Below, piece by piece: positions 12,780-26,789 of a DNA stretch of 64,000 nt. The stretch is from Lama glama (lineage: Eukaryota), in NCBI GenBank assembly GCA_028534125.1, contig CM052816.1, positions 88,910,001 to 88,974,000 of the forward strand. Direction: 5' to 3'. Under the pieces are notes generated by a model that saw only the letters and a program-made list of their open reading frames with translations, did no database searches and was not told the origin of the DNA. Each line of letters begins with the position of its first letter. The first letter of the stretch is position 1. The translations under genes and the position numbers were made by a program.

Positions 12780-14630
12780 GCAAAAGTCAGTTTTACACTC
12801 TATCTCTGGATTGCTGTACACCAAAAGCAACTCTTTTCAAATTCTTTTAACTATTCTATATACTGATTTATCAGTTCTATCTACTGACTTCTCAGTTTTA
12901 CTTACCAACGTCTTGTATTAAATGTGTCAGTATTCAAGTTTTTACTTTACATGACTATAGAAACATTTCCCACTATTGAGATTACAGTATTCTTTATCAT
13001 TGTTGTCCAAAGATTTTTTAATTCCGATTTTCTGGAGTTAATGTTTGCCTTATATTGTGTCTTTAATTGACTTTTTTTTTTTTTTAAGTGTAAGGCTAAG
13101 TCTTTCTTACTCTCCAGTCACTAAGGGACATGCCAATAGAATTTTCTAGATAGTGAAACTTATCAGATGATCTGGATGGCCCAGTTCTCAAGTTTGTGTG
13201 TCACATAGCATCCTTTCTGGTGCTCTTCTAGCTGCTGCTTCGTCCAGGATGGACTGATGAATCTGCCCACTACCTGGTGTAGCTCTGGGACCATGATTTG
13301 CTGAAAATTCCCTCTGTTTCTTCCTTAATGTCTTCTTTAGTGCCTGGAACTCATGTTTCCCTCCATCTTGATATACTTCCTCATTTTGATGGAGCAAAAC
13401 TTAAAATATTTTCCTTAGAAAAGGGACAAAGAGATCATTTGAAACCCTGTGGCTCTGAAATGTCTTTGTTCTTTCTCTCACATCTGTATCATAGTGACTG
13501 ATGTAAAAGTATATGATTCCCTATTCTGGATTTTCTGGATAAGAACTAACATCTTTTTCTCCGAACTGCCTCTCAGAATCTTATTTTTTTTTTATCAATA
13601 CAGTTCTGAAATTTAAGGGTCCTGAGACTTGGCAGAGTACATTTATCTTCAGTTCTAAAAAACACATTCTTTTAAAGTAATATTTCATCTCTTTTCTCTT
13701 ACTACAATTATTAGTGGGACTTTTTTGCAGTCCTCCTGGGTTGATTTTCAAAATCTCTTGCCTATTGTAATTGTCATATTTTGTTCTAGTTTCTGAAGAA
13801 CTTAATGTCATCTCCCAATTCGTTTACAGATTTTTGTATTTGTTATTATTTTTAAATTTTAAAACAATTTTTGGTCCTGTATTTTCCACATCTTACTGTT
13901 TTTATTTTATGAATGTGATGTCTTTGCACATCCCTTTGAGTGTGGTATTTATATTTTCTTTAATTCTTATATTCTCAACATTGTTGCTATTTTTTCTGCA
14001 TTACATTTTGCTTGTTTATTTTGGTTATTGTCTTTCATGATATTCCAGAAATACCTGGTGATATTTGACCACCTATTTCAATTTAATAAAGACTTCTTAA
14101 AATTCTTATTACCAGTTTTGATGTTGTATATATGTGTGATCATGCACATGGATGGATATGGGTATTATTCGGTGTAAGGAAGGGTAGTAAATTGGTGGGA
14201 TGTCTTGTCGGGTGACCAGATGGCAAGCTAGGTTTTCTGTTGGAAACTGCCCAATATCAGCATCTGTGACTTTTCTTCTCAGGTGTTTTAGCTTCTATAC
14301 TAAAGGATCATCCATTGGCCCACTTAGTGGGTAGAAGCCTTATAATACTCCCAGAGCCAAGTTGGAGAAAGAGGCTGGAAGTTCCATTATTCATTATGTA
14401 GCTTTCCATTCAATCTCTCTGTCTTTCATGTGGATTATCACTGCTCCCTTTATCTGTGTTTGGTGTTTCCAAGTCCAGAGTTTCTCTCATTTAACTTCTT
14501 TATCTTCCTGATAACTTCTTCCTCTTGCAGAAATAGAAGGGAAGAGTAGTGGAGTTGGTGGGAATTTGAGGTCTAACTTCTTCACCTTGTTTTAGTCTTA
14601 AATACCCTTCTCACCAATTTCTGATCTTCT
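12780..14630 (-). mobile_element. Ancient L1ME/HAL1-like LINE fragment
   Basis: T-rich plus strand. ttccttagaaaaggg...tgaaaccctgtggctctgaaatgtctttgttct is typical of old L1 ORF1 regions read antisense. Confidence 0.6.
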
Positions 14631-14647
14631 GTGAAGGGTACTTGATT

Positions 14648-14727
14648 TATTTCTTATTTATGTTTGACTTTTATTTTTATTGAAGTATACTTGATATGCA
14701 ATCTTGTTTTCATTTCATGTATGTGTG

Positions 14728-14761
<34 letters not shown>

Positions 14762-15140
14762 TTTTCATAATTTTTAAATTATGGGTTATTACAAGCTATT
14801 GAATATAGTTCCCTGTGTTATACAGTAGGACTTTGTTGTTTATCTATTTTATATATATAAATTTGCATTTGCTAATCTCAAACTTCTAATTTATCCCCCC
14901 TTTTCTCCTTTGGTAATAGTTAGCTTGTTTACTGTGTTTATGAATCTGTTTCTGTTTTGTAAGAAAGTTCTTTTGTGCCATTTTTTTTTTAGATTCCACA
15001 TATAAGTGATATCAAATATTCGTCCTTGTCTGACTTACCTCACTCGTATGATAATCTCTAGGTCCATCCATGTTGCTATAAATGGCATTCTTTTTTTATG
15101 GCTGAGTAGTGTGTGTGTGTGTATGTGTATGTATGTGTGA

Positions 15141-15185
<45 letters not shown>

Positions 15186-16516
15186 AATATATATATAAAT
15201 AAATTTATCCAATTATCTGTCAATGGACTTTTAGGTTAGTTTCATGTCTTGGCTATTGTAAATAGTACTGCTATGAACATTGGGGTGCATATACCCTTCC
15301 AAATTAGAGATTTATCCTAATATATGCCCAGGAGTGGAATTGCTGGAGCAAATGGTAAGTCTATTTTTAGTTTTTTAAGGACTCTCCATACTGCTTTCTG
15401 AAGTGGCTGCACCACATTACATTCCCTCCAACAGTGTAGGAAGGTTCTCTTTCTCCACATCTACTCCAGCCTTTATCATTTGTGGACTCTTAATGATGAC
15501 CATTCTGACTAGCATTGTAGTTTTGATTTACATTTCTCTGATAATTAGGAATATTGAAAATCTTTTCATGTGCCTATTGGCTACCTGCATGTCTTTATTG
15601 CAGAAGTATTTCTTTAGGTCTTCTGCCTATTTTTGATTGAATTGTTTGTTTGTTTTTATTATTGAGCTGTATGAGCTGTTTGTATATTCTGGAAGTTAAG
15701 CCCTTTTCAGTCACATCATTTGCAATTTTTTTTTGCATTCTCTAGGTTATCTTTTTGTTTTGTTTATGGTTTCCTTTGCTATGCTTATATGCTGAGAATT
15801 ATAAAACATTGATAAAGGAAATTAAGAATGATCAAAAGAAATGCAAATATATCTCATGCTCTTGGGTTGGAAGAATTAGTATTAAAATGGCCATACTACC
15901 CAAAGCAATCTACAGATTTAATGTGATCCCCATCAAATTACTCAGGACATTTTTCAAAGAATTAGAGCAAATAATCCTAAAATCTATAAGGAATCACAAA
16001 ACCCCCCACAATTTCCAAAGCAATACTGAAGAAAAGAACAAGGCTGGAGGCATAATCCTCCCAGACTTCAGACAATTCTACGTAGCTTTAGTAATTCAAA
16101 CAGTATGGTACTGGGAAAGAAAAAAAAAGATAGACATGTGGATCAATGGAATAGAATAGAGAGCCCAGAAAGAAACCCACACACCTACAGCCAATTAATC
16201 TTTGACAAAGGAGACAAGAATATACAATGGAGCAAGACAGTCTATTAGGCAAGTGATGTTGGGAAATTGGAATGGACACATGTAAATCAATGAAGTGAGA
16301 ACACTTCCTCACACCACATACAAAAATAAACTCAAAGTGACTTAAAGACTTAAACATAAGATGGGACACGATAAATCTTCTAGAAGAAAACATAGACAAA
16401 ACATTCTCTGACATACTTTGTAGCAATGTTTTCCTAGGTCATCTCCCAAGGCAATAGAAATGAAAGCACAAGTAAACAAATGAGACCTAATTAAACTTAT
16501 AAGCTTTTATACAGCA
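14648..16516 (-). mobile_element. 5'-inverted, truncated L1
   Basis: 3'UTR and ORF2 end on the minus strand at 14648-15784, ORF2 segment on the plus strand at 15785-16516 ([16 protein letters not shown]). TSD aagggtacYtgRtt at 14634-14647 and 16517-16530. Confidence 0.9.
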
Positions 16517-17672
16517 AAGGGTACCTGGTTCTTGAGCTTTTTAAAGGCTCTGGGGTTGAATTGGTGGCTTCACTCAGTATCTTCCTCTATAGGCACTTAA
16601 AGTTAACTTTCCTGCATTCAGTTACATTACTTTTTATTTCACCATCTGCTCTTAGGCATTATATGTAGTGCCTGGGGGCACTCAGGCATTATATATTATA
16701 CTTGGGGTTATGAATGCCTCATTTTCATTAAAAATGGAATAAAGGTTTCTCATTTTTGAGTTATTTTAGGGTGAGTACAAAGAAAAGGGGATAGTGTTTT
16801 TTTTTCCCTCATGCTAAAACTGGCTTTAGCTAGTTTAAGTTTGGTTGTAAAATTAAACGTTATGTATAATTTAAAAATTGACTTAATAGAAAACTCTTAT
16901 TTTTCTTACATTATTCATTTAATATAAATTAGCCCATGAGTCACTTAAATAAATATAAATCTATGTTTGGCTGTAAACATTAATAGTATAATAAATTTAC
17001 AAAAAATGTTTAAAAGCCTATTTTGAATACATTTTTTAAAAGCACAACTTTTAGATAATTGTTTTATCATGTACCACACAAAACACGATTACATATATTT
17101 TTAATTTCTGAAAGATTAAGGTGTCTATGTATCTTAAATATTTGAGCATAACCCATGTTCTTTCCCTCCCTAGTTATGACAAAAATTTAATTAATGGGCA
17201 TTTTTTTTCAATCAATGTAATATAATTGGAATTTGTAAATAAATTTGAAACAAAACAAAACTTGTCCAATGAAGCAGGGAATTCTGTTTTTTCTAGAATT
17301 TTAACACCACACATATTTGAGAATAAGATTATCTTTTATATGAAAACTAGTAGAGTGATATATTACTCTGAGAATGCCTCCATGCCTAAACTTGCCCACA
17401 AAGGGATTCTGACAATTTTTGATCGTAGGTAACAGATAAAATAAGTTTTTAAGTATATGGGTATGAATATAAAACAAATGGCCTCAAATAGTATCAATAT
17501 AATACTTTTGTCGTTTGATGATTATATAATATGTATGCTATTTATGCATCTACACTCTGTTTTGTTGTATTAATTCTATTTCATTTTTTCAGTTTATTCT
17601 TGTGCTTGAACTACAGTTTGATTCAATAAAACACATTTGCATTTCACTCTCATTTTGAACCAACGTACTTAC

Positions 17673-17777
17673 CTGTGAGATCCCTTGTAGCAACACATGA
17701 TTCTGCAACTTTTTCAATTAGAATGTCCAAAAATCTCTCTTAGTCTCTTTTAAATATTTAATTTTTAAAAAGTAATA
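17673..17777 (-). pseudogene. Relic exon (105 nt, phase 0-0)
   Basis: attttaaag| ... cag|gtaagt (perfect donor). Reads YYFLKIKYLKETKRDFWTF*LKKLQNHVLLQGISQ. Confidence 0.55.
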
Positions 17778-17917
17778 CTTTAAAATATTTTAACAAAATA
17801 CATAAATTTCAGGATAGTCCTTTACTGAACTTCATCCAGTATCTAGGAATGCTCTGATTTCATGCTTGTTTCAGCACTTAGTCCTAAATAAAACAATTCT
17901 TATGGGAATTATCTTAT

Positions 17918-18470
17918 TGTAGTTGAGAGTGCTGACTGACATCTGTAAGCCCTATCTCAACCCCTCTCCCCAGGCTTCCTTCCACCTTAAGAATGTAAAA
18001 TACAAAGCCAGAAACTGACACAGTGTAACTGACTATACGCAATTAAAAAAAAAAGAAAAAGTCAAGTGTTGCATTCTCCTCCTCCCTTGCAGTTACAGAG
18101 GAATATGTGTTCCCATTCTGATTGATGAGGATTCTGTTGGAAGCTTCTGGAAAAGCAGTTCCTTGTCCGATAGTGGAAGTGAGACAGCCTTTCAGCTGCT
18201 CCTCTTCCTTGCTCTTAAATATGGTTAGAGTGCATGAAGCCATATCAGCAGTCTTGTGCCAATCAGATGACAATGTGTGGATCAAAAGTGAAGACCCTGA
18301 GGTGGCCTCAGCACAACACTGAATAGTATCTGAATCCTCGATAATATGTTAGATAGTATGTTAAACAGTGCAAGCTAGCCCCAGGTTCCTTGTTATGCAG
18401 GGAAAAAAATCACAGTGCTTTGGAAAACAGTATTGACGGATTGTCTGTTACTTGCTGGAAAACACATCTT
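17918..18470 (+). mobile_element. Old ERVL/MaLR-class LTR (LTR33/MLT1-like)
   Basis: ctcccttgcagtta...gcttctggaaaagc...gcagtcttgtg...ttctgttacttgc-type motifs. Confidence 0.6.
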
Positions 18471-19213
18471 AAAAGAAAGAATATTCATGCTTCATTAAAA
18501 AGATACACAGAAAAGAAATATGAATTGTTAGGAAAATATTAATAGGATGAATGTTAGTGGTTAAATAATTTGTTTTCATGAAAAGCAGTTGGTAACCATG
18601 CAGAATTATTGATGCATTTTGGTAGAGAAAGAAAGGGAAAGTGTTTAACTGACTTACTACTGTAAGATAAAATGCCAAATAAGTTATCATAGTTCTAAAT
18701 TAATGTACACTAAATTAGAAAGAAACAATAAAATTGTCGACGATTTTTACAAGGTAGGAAAAGATTCAAGAGCTTCTTGTAGACTGTTTAAATGATATAA
18801 GGAAAGAGATTTAAAGTAATTTTGATTTTAGTTTATGACTAAGACTGGGACAGAATAAAAAAGAGCCTATTATTTTTTAAGGAAACAGTACTACTACAAG
18901 AAATACATTTTATTGAAGAATCATTGTATCTCTGTTGTTTTGCAAGTATTTATCAGTGAATGGTCTATTTTTTTTTTTTTTACAGCAAGGGATTCTGAGG
19001 GAATAAACAAGAGCTTAAGTTGTATTCTTTTTACTACTTTAACATCTAACTGTCAAATGTATAAAAGAACATAAAGTTGAAGTATATTGATTTTTCTACT
19101 CGTTGGATTATTGCTTATTTTTGAATTAACTATAAATATTTTATACAGACTAAGTCCTAAACTCTTGTCATTTCTAGCAGTTGGATTTAAAAAGACAAGT
19201 ACCAAAAGCATAC

Positions 19214-19482
19214 ATAGAAGGTTTTGAGATGCTATTGACCATTTGCTTCTTGGAGGCGAGGGGAGTGTGGAGGGCAGCAAGTTTGGTGTATTGACAGCCA
19301 AGGCTGTCGAAACACATCTTCAGAGGAGTCACATGACAGTCACTGATCTTATTGTCACCACCACTGTTCTACGGTTCATTAAACAGATTGTAGCCATTGG
19401 AAGGGAATATCTCCAGGCTGATATAATCTTCTGTCTTGGTTATTGTTCCATATTACTCTGCGTTCTCAAAAATCACAAGAAA
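19214..19482 (-). pseudogene. Relic exon (269 nt, phase 1-0)
   Basis: ctttctctattcaattag| ... tat|gtatgc. Reads SCDF*ERRVIWNNNQDRRLYQPGDIPFQWLQSV**...SEDVFRQPWLSIHQTCCPPHSPRLQEANGQ*HLKTFY. Locally higher GC than the flanks. Confidence 0.55.
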
Positions 19483-19984
19483 CTAATTGAATAGAGAAAG
19501 TGATCACTGCTTTTGGGTAAAACAAAACTATACGTCACACACAAAGAAAGTTCTTATTTAATTCTCTCTCTTTAGAAAGAGAGTGAGTCCACCTTTTTTT
19601 TTTTCTTTCTGAATAGTCAATATATAAGTAAAGGACAATAAAAGAGGCTAAAATTAGAAATTTAAAATGCAACTCTTGGAAGTGGATAGGCGATGAGAAC
19701 ACATATATGATGCATACGCATACGGATGTATATTATTGACATCTTCATTTGTTCTGAATACGTTTCTTGTGTTTTCGTAGGCAAAACTAGAAGAATAAAA
19801 ATACCAAATAGAAACTTATCTAAATGTTTCACTCAGAATTGCCATGTAAAGAAATGAAACTTAATCCTAGTGTGTTTAGAGGAAAATGTAGCTCTCCACG
19901 TTGGTGTGGACGTGCACTCGGGCGTGTTTGTAACAGAACCTCCCCAAGAGGAAATGTACAGGAAGAGGTGGAACAACCCAGGGG

Positions 19985-20195
19985 CCAAGTCCAACTCTTG
20001 GTTAAAATGGAGCACTAGTCAGATCAGCTATGGAAAATTCTTAACATCCCTGTGCCTCTCTTTGTATAATATGCTTCTAAGAAGATAACCCTCTCCCTGA
20101 GGTTGTTGGGCAGATTAAATGAGTTCATACATGAAAAAGCTTAGAAGGAAGTTTGGCGTGTTATCAGAACTACATGAAACTCAGCTATGATTACT
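19985..20195 (+). mobile_element. MIR SINE
   Basis: cttaacatccctgtgcctc...gaggttgttgggcagattaaatgagttcatacatg. Confidence 0.8.
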
Positions 20196-20259
20196 CCTAG
20201 AATTATTATTATCTGGGAGATGTCGAACTTCGGCATGTCTCTAAGTTGGATTCTCCTAC

Positions 20260-20471
20260 CTTGTCCTTTGATTATTAGAGTTCAGCCTTGCCCCTTCTGT
20301 CTCTTCTTCAGAAGTGTCATATAATTGGTGACACAACAGTGCCTCCCAATTTCATGTGACTTCGAGACACAAAGGAAGCAGTGCCTATTGCTGTCACCAC
20401 TATCTTCAATTTTTTTGGCCAGAGAGTTTTTTCATAAAATGACAAAAGCTTCATGTTCTCGAGTTTGTTTA
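20260..20471 (-). pseudogene. Relic exon
   Basis: ctgctttag| ... caag|gtagga. Reads NKLENMKLLSFYEKTLWPKK...(fs)...WEALLCHQLYDTSEEETEGARLNSNNQRT. Confidence 0.45.
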
Positions 20472-21695
20472 CTAAAGCAGTAGCTTCTTATGCTTATCAG
20501 ACCTGAAGACCAAAATGTGTTCTCACCTCATTTATTTAGTTCTGGAATACATTCGCACGAATTCAGGTTTTGAATGATGGAAGTAGACTATTGGGGATCA
20601 TATATGTGTCAATATCATAAATATACTTAGAGTTTTGGGCCATATATCCTATATATGCTGAATTTATTTTATTCTAAATATTTGCTATTAATAATGAATA
20701 AAAAGGAATTAAATAATTCTGGGAAGTAAAATACCTGGGAAACAATATGAACTTTGTTGCCAAGAAAATGTGTTTATAGCCTTCCTCTTATACTCATAAT
20801 ACATGCTTTAGAGCAACAAAACAGCAAAATTATTAAATATACATCATGGATTATGAGCTACCAGAAAATTACAGCATGAAAGAAAATTCTCTAATGACAA
20901 TGATTCTTCAAGACATTTCTCTATATTCAGGCTAGCTATTTAACTGTAAATTTATTCCTTGAGTATTGAAAATCAAATAGTTTGTTATCCACACACTTTT
21001 GAGTGACTCATTTAAGGTGTGAACTAGAAGCTAAAAAATAAAACTGAATATTACCCTTCTTGACTGTCGCGCTTTTCTTAGGTATAACCTTTCACTATAA
21101 CACATACATTATTAAAAAAATATTAATCAGTCTGTTTTGTGCCCTCTTCTTCTATGCTTCTCAGCTGAATCCCTTTACCCGACCCTCGAATCATTTATTT
21201 TTATTTCAGTGTTTACCTCCAAGCTATCTTTAAGTTTTTACATCCTATGAACTTTCTACTTTCTAAGGAGACTGAAATGAGTGGACTTTTTCATGCTAGT
21301 CTTTGATACATGAATATGTTCACCATGTGATCTGCTGTTATCCATACACATTGGGGGGCTGTATTTTGTTTGAGACAGGCTTTTCCTTGTATATAATTTA
21401 GTGACTAAATATACTACCAAAGTCTGTGACTGTTCAACTTTATTCTATTTATACATACAACTTAAATAAAATGCTCATCTCCCTTTCATTCTCTCAGACT
21501 GATTTTCATAAGGAATATAACCTTTCTGAATATAGGAACTTTCTATTCATTGTGCATGTGGTCCCTTCAATTTGCTCTTTCCCTCCAGCCTCATCACTAT
21601 ATCATGTGTTTTCATTGTATTTTTGAATTTCAAAATCTTAAGATTTCCTAAAAGAAAGGTAAAATTATACAATATTTTCATTGCCTGACACTCAT

Positions 21696-22410
21696 CTTTC
21701 TATTTGGGGACAGATTGGACAGAGTTGTTTTGCATTAAATCTGATGGTGAACTCAGATTCATTTGTGTATTTGTAAATTCACCTTTTTCACTTTTTATGA
21801 TGACATAATGATTTATTTTCTTATAGAAGTCACCATTCACTTCAGGAAGATCAAGTCCATCTTTTCTGTAAATGGGAACATAATACTCCAGGTTTAGTCC
21901 TTCCTGAGACACTTCAGTGTGTGTGTGTGAACCTTTACCCATAATAGTGCTGCTTCTTCATTGAATTCTTGACATTTCCTAGTATTTTTAATAACCAGTT
22001 GTATTGTTTCACTTTTTCTACATGACCTTTTGACTTTTTCATTAAATGATTTTTCTCTGCTCGTTTCATGGAAACCAGCAGAGAAAAATTTGAAGGAAAA
22101 TACTTGACAGAATAATCATTTAAAAACAAATTTCAAATTGCTACTGTGACATCTCTCATTTGTGACAACTTCAGTGAAGGTGGGGGGGATCTACTCTCCT
22201 TGACTTTTATTCTAGAATGATGTTGATTGATTTCATTGGATTCTTTGGATTTTTCTTTGTTTTATTGGTTGCTTGTTTCTTCTTTATATGAATTAAGTTT
22301 TCATTATTCTTTGATAACACAGTTTCCTTTTAAAGTGTTCTGTTACATATAAAATTCTCCTTGAAACTTCTTATTTATCTCTTCTATAAATATCTTTATA
22401 TTCCATCAGG
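21696..22410 (-). pseudogene. Relic large exon, K/N/S/E-rich
   Basis: Contains the abutting ORFs 21935..22129 and 21700..21942 (frameshift near a TG run). Acceptor tacag| at 22410. Donor appears mutated GT>AT (aag|atgagt). Confidence 0.55.
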
Positions 22411-22836
22411 CTGTATTATAACCATGAATGGGTTAACTAATAGGTATTTTATTTTAGGAGCCATTAAAAAATAAAACAATTTTCTGTGTTGGCTGTGAAT
22501 TTTAAAAATAGGCCCACAATGGTAGTTTTATTAGACAAAATCTTCAAATACCAGTGAAAGTTTATACTGTATTTCACGTCACTGTACACAGTGTGTGTGT
22601 ATGTGTGTGTGTGTGTTTAGAAAGTGTTGAATTTTCTTTTTTATCTCAAGTCAGTCTTTTCAACAAAATCATAGAGTATCATCAGTGGTAATTAGTAGTA
22701 CTTTAGAAAGTAAAAGCAGTAATACATATAAATAAAAACACATCCAGTGAGAGGCAGTTTTATAACAATTCCCAGATAGATGATGGCTTTTCATCATCTT
22801 GTTCTAATTATTTTTACTACATTTTAGTAACTTTAC

Positions 22837-23077
22837 CTCTTTAAAATTAATTTTTTACTCTATTCTTCTTTTCTTATGCTGTGTCATTATGCGGCATTAT
22901 AAAGTTTGTGTATGATAAAATATTAATCGGTGAAGTCCCCCAGGAACCATTTGAAGACATTGGGAGAAAATCAAATAAATGACCCTTTCTCTTAGAAGTA
23001 GATTTAGAAGGCAAATTTCATTGAAATTACTGCAGTGTGACTCACATAGCAGAAAACTCTGCATGAATGTTAAGTAA
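22837..23077 (-). pseudogene. Relic exon
   Basis: gttttcttcag| ... gag|gtaaag. Phase 0 reading LLNIHAEFSAM*...NLPSKSTSKRKGHLFDFLPMSSNGSWGTSPINILSYTNF. Confidence 0.4.
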
Positions 23078-23419
23078 CTGAAGAAAACGCCTATGACTGC
23101 CAAGCGTCTGTTACTTTGATATGCCTTTGTCCAAGCTTTGCAAGCTTAAGTTACTTGCTTTGATAATAGGCGGAATATTGATTTCAAATATAAAATTAAA
23201 TACAGAGTTGCAGACTGTGAACTAGATAATCCATTATTATAAGTCATCTATGAATCTGTTATTGTATTTGACAATATTGCATAAAAATTAATAACTCAGT
23301 ACTAAGTGTTATAATTAAAATACATACTTCCACTTGTAGCAGTACTTTTGTTGGCATTTAAAAAAACATACTAATTTTCCTGTACAGAGAAAAATCTTAC
23401 TCTCTGATTAAATTTCCTT

Positions 23420-24310
23420 TTCATCCATGAATTCAGCAAATATTGATAGATAACCTACTTTGTGTCAGGCCCTGCTCCAGAGGCTGGGGATCAAAAATTG
23501 AATGTAGGGTTCACATTCAATCCACCAGGAAGGCAGACAATGAACAGATACACAAAGTGCTCGTTTCACATTGAGATATATTTCGTGAAGGGAATGAGTG
23601 GGCTCTTGGATGGTTAGTAAGGCCAGCCTGGCAGATCCTTTCTGAGAAGATGACACAGTTGGGGGAGCTGAAAGTCAAGGAAGAGCCTGTCCACAGAGTT
23701 CAGGAAATAATTTCCCAGACATGTGAAAAGCAAGTGGAAATGTAATGAAGTTAAGGCAGAACTTGGCAAGCTTTAAGAACAGAAAGCGTGTGAACTAGAG
23801 CATTTGAGGGACAAAAAGAGCAGTACCAGGTGAAGATGGGGAAACTAGGCAGAGCCAGCTCAGCAAGTTGAGTAATCAAAGGAAGATGTGAGCATTTCTC
23901 TCTCACATGATAGGCCACGTGGGTTTTTAAGCAAATGAATAATGCGGTGTATTTTATACATTTAAGCTTCACTCTGGCCAATATGCGCAAGTGAATTTTG
24001 TAGGTGAATCACTGGGCATTTGTAGATCAGTTAGGAGGGAAATAAATGAGTCCAACTGATACATAATGGGAGTTTGTCTTCATGTCTTTACCAGTGAGGA
24101 AAGAAGTAGGTCATTGGGAGATTTTATAGACAGATTGATCAGAACTTACTGAAAGACTGAGTGTGGGCAAAAGAGAAAAGAAATCAAGTTCTATCAGCTG
24201 GGTACATGTCTGTGTAGATTCCTTCCTCATGGAGGAAGGTGGAAAGAAGAGGTGTTCTGGAGACATGGGAATTGAGAATTTTCACTCAGCACGTGAACAT
24301 TTAGAAATTC
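23420..24310 (-). mobile_element. L2 LINE 3' portion
   Basis: attcagcaaatattgatagataacctactttgtgtcaggccctg, followed by a purine-rich L2 body. Confidence 0.8.
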
Positions 24311-24651
24311 TGTTGATAAAGAGCTGGTGATAGTGACCTGTTACCACCTGACGTTTATGCTACTGTATGTAGAAAGCACAAGTCTCAATTGAAGGAAAAA
24401 CTTTGAAAAGTATCAGTTATATAATTTTAGGCAATTTGTTCACATTCTGCAAGCTTTATTTTCCTTGACTGCAATATATATGCCTATCTCATAAATTTGT
24501 TAAATAAATACACGAGAAATGTGTGTATTGTATACATGATATGCATCCATTTAATTGTAGTTTAATTATTTTGACCATTAAAGAGTAAGTGTATCAAAAA
24601 AGAGAGTAAGTATAAACATATTCTAAATCAGAACTTCAACATAATAATTAC

Positions 24652-24823
24652 CGTAAAAATTGGTCTGTTTGTCAACATCTTCAGAAATACTATTTTAAGG
24701 CAACAGTTGTAAATGACATTGTCCTGGATAGATGACAATTTACAAGCACTCTGAAGGATTTTAAAACCACATATTCTATAACTTTTGTCATTTATCTCTC
24801 AGAATTCTATCACAACTTTTTTG
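24652..24823 (-). pseudogene. Relic exon (172 nt, phase 2-0)
   Basis: aatttcccag| ... acg|gtaatt. Reads KKVVIEF*EINDKSYRICGFKILQSACKLSSIQDNVIYNCCLKIVFLKMLTNRPIFT (1 stop in 57 codons). Confidence 0.5.
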
Positions 24824-26034
24824 CTGGGAAATTTACATAAATTCAAGAGGTACATAGCTTAAAAGTCACTGTGATTAAAGAGTAAGTACTCTCTGGATGG
24901 ATATGATGACTGAAAAGTGAAAAGACTCGTAACTTTGGTTTATGTGATTGAAGAGATTGGTTGTTTTTTGTTTCTTTGCCTGTTTTTGACAGAATAGAGG
25001 TTTGTAGGGAAGCTGGTTTTGGAAAGTAAGAAGATAAAGGGTTTAATTTTGGACATGTTGACTCTGAGGCATCTGTGTGGAAATGTGAGGCAGAAGTCCT
25101 GATTGAATGGATAGATCTTAGATTTGAGATTAGAATTGTTGATTTGTTGAGTAAATCTTGGCTGTAATATTTTCTGAAATTCAGGTCCCTTCATCACACC
25201 ACCCCCAAAATCCATTCTGGGAGTCTTGAAACAAACATGTGAAAATGATTTATTTTAAAACTTAATGATACTTTATTTCGTACACAATTTACTCTTGGAT
25301 TATGAAATCCATACAAATGAAAACCCAATCACTTGCCTGTATTCTATGCTATAATTGTGTGTTGCCAAAGTATCTTCCCAGACTTTTCTAATACAAACTT
25401 TCCTCCATTTCTAGTTTCTGTTCTCCTTAGCCTTTCCATAAAGTTTATTCCTTTATAAAAGGAGCAGAGATCATTCTCCTGTCCCATGACCTCCTAGAAC
25501 AAGAAATTCAGTCTATTTCCAGACAGTGACCGTAGCTGATTTGTGCCATACAGCAAATTTAGCACAGTCCTATCAGGTAGAAATTGTTTGATAAATAATG
25601 GCTAAGTAAGTTGAATGAAGAAATGAATGAATTTCAACTGTCCATGTGAAATGACCCATTCACTACAGTTTCCATTCTCTGGCTTTCTCTCCTTCAGTAA
25701 CCTTTCACCTTCTTTATTTCAGTACTTCTGCTCTTGCCACATTTTTGCAACTTGTTCAAATATAAAATTTGTATGGCACTACTGGTGCCAATGTCAAAAG
25801 ATTGCCAATAAATAGAAGCATATAGAAAACAAGTTGAGTAACGGCACGATTACATTAATTCCTATCTTTATAACCTAATAAATAAAAATGAGTTTAACTG
25901 ACTATTCTCAGTAAGGTCTATATTTTTATATATTTAGAAACTGTGATTTCTAGCATGAGCCATTATTCAAAGGTTTCATTATGAATGCAAGTAATTTGAT
26001 TATGAATTTTCTATAGGAAAAATATGATATTTAC

Positions 26035-26106
26035 CTTTACAAGAAATGTATACAAGTGTAATATATCTCTTCACAACAACAAAACTGATGTTAATATAGA
26101 CTTGAT
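26035..26106 (-). pseudogene. Candidate relic exon (72 nt)
   Basis: tttaccag| ... aag|gtaaat. Reads IKSILTSVLLL*RDILHLYTFLVK. Confidence 0.3.
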
Positions 26107-26789
26107 CTGGTAAATATCACTTACACTCGCATTGTAATTTTACCTCATCGATGTAATACCTACACTGATCTACACAAATATGTGGATAAGTGGGTATTAT
26201 TGAATTATCAAAAACAGTGACCACCAATCTTCCACTGTAACCAGTTACTCCAAAGCAGGTTTTCTATGATACACTCATTTTGGGCTATGGGTAGGAAGAT
26301 CTGATTGTTAAATATGAAATTAAATTTCCTCCTGATGCATGAATATGAGTTTGCACTAAGTTAAAGCAATTCAGAGCAAGGTTTCTGGACTACCTGTGTT
26401 TGAACCCCTGCTCTACAGCTTACTAGTTAGGTAATTTTACTTGATATTTAATACCACTGAGGGTAGATTTTCATGTCTCAAATGTGGAAAGTAATTTCAA
26501 CCTTGTGAGTTCTCTGAAAGGATATAAGAATAGAGAGTATGTATACAATTAAGGATGTATAGTCAGAGCTCAACAGAAGTACTGTTTATGAATGGCTCTG
26601 AATGATTGGCCTTATGTTATTTCTACTCCTAATAGTCTAACCTTCAGTTAATCCCATTTTACAGAAGGAGAAATTGAGGTTAAGAGAGACTGAATGACTT
26701 TTCAGTGTCTATATTAAAACTTTGATTTGAATGACAGAATTGTCCATTCCTCCATATAACTTAATTTACTGAACATAGGACATGTGTGT

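Noticed and set aside
25640..25760. Additional relic exon
   Set aside because: Purine-rich on the minus strand, but the splice sites are poor and it adjoins an L2/MIR-like tail. I could not support it.
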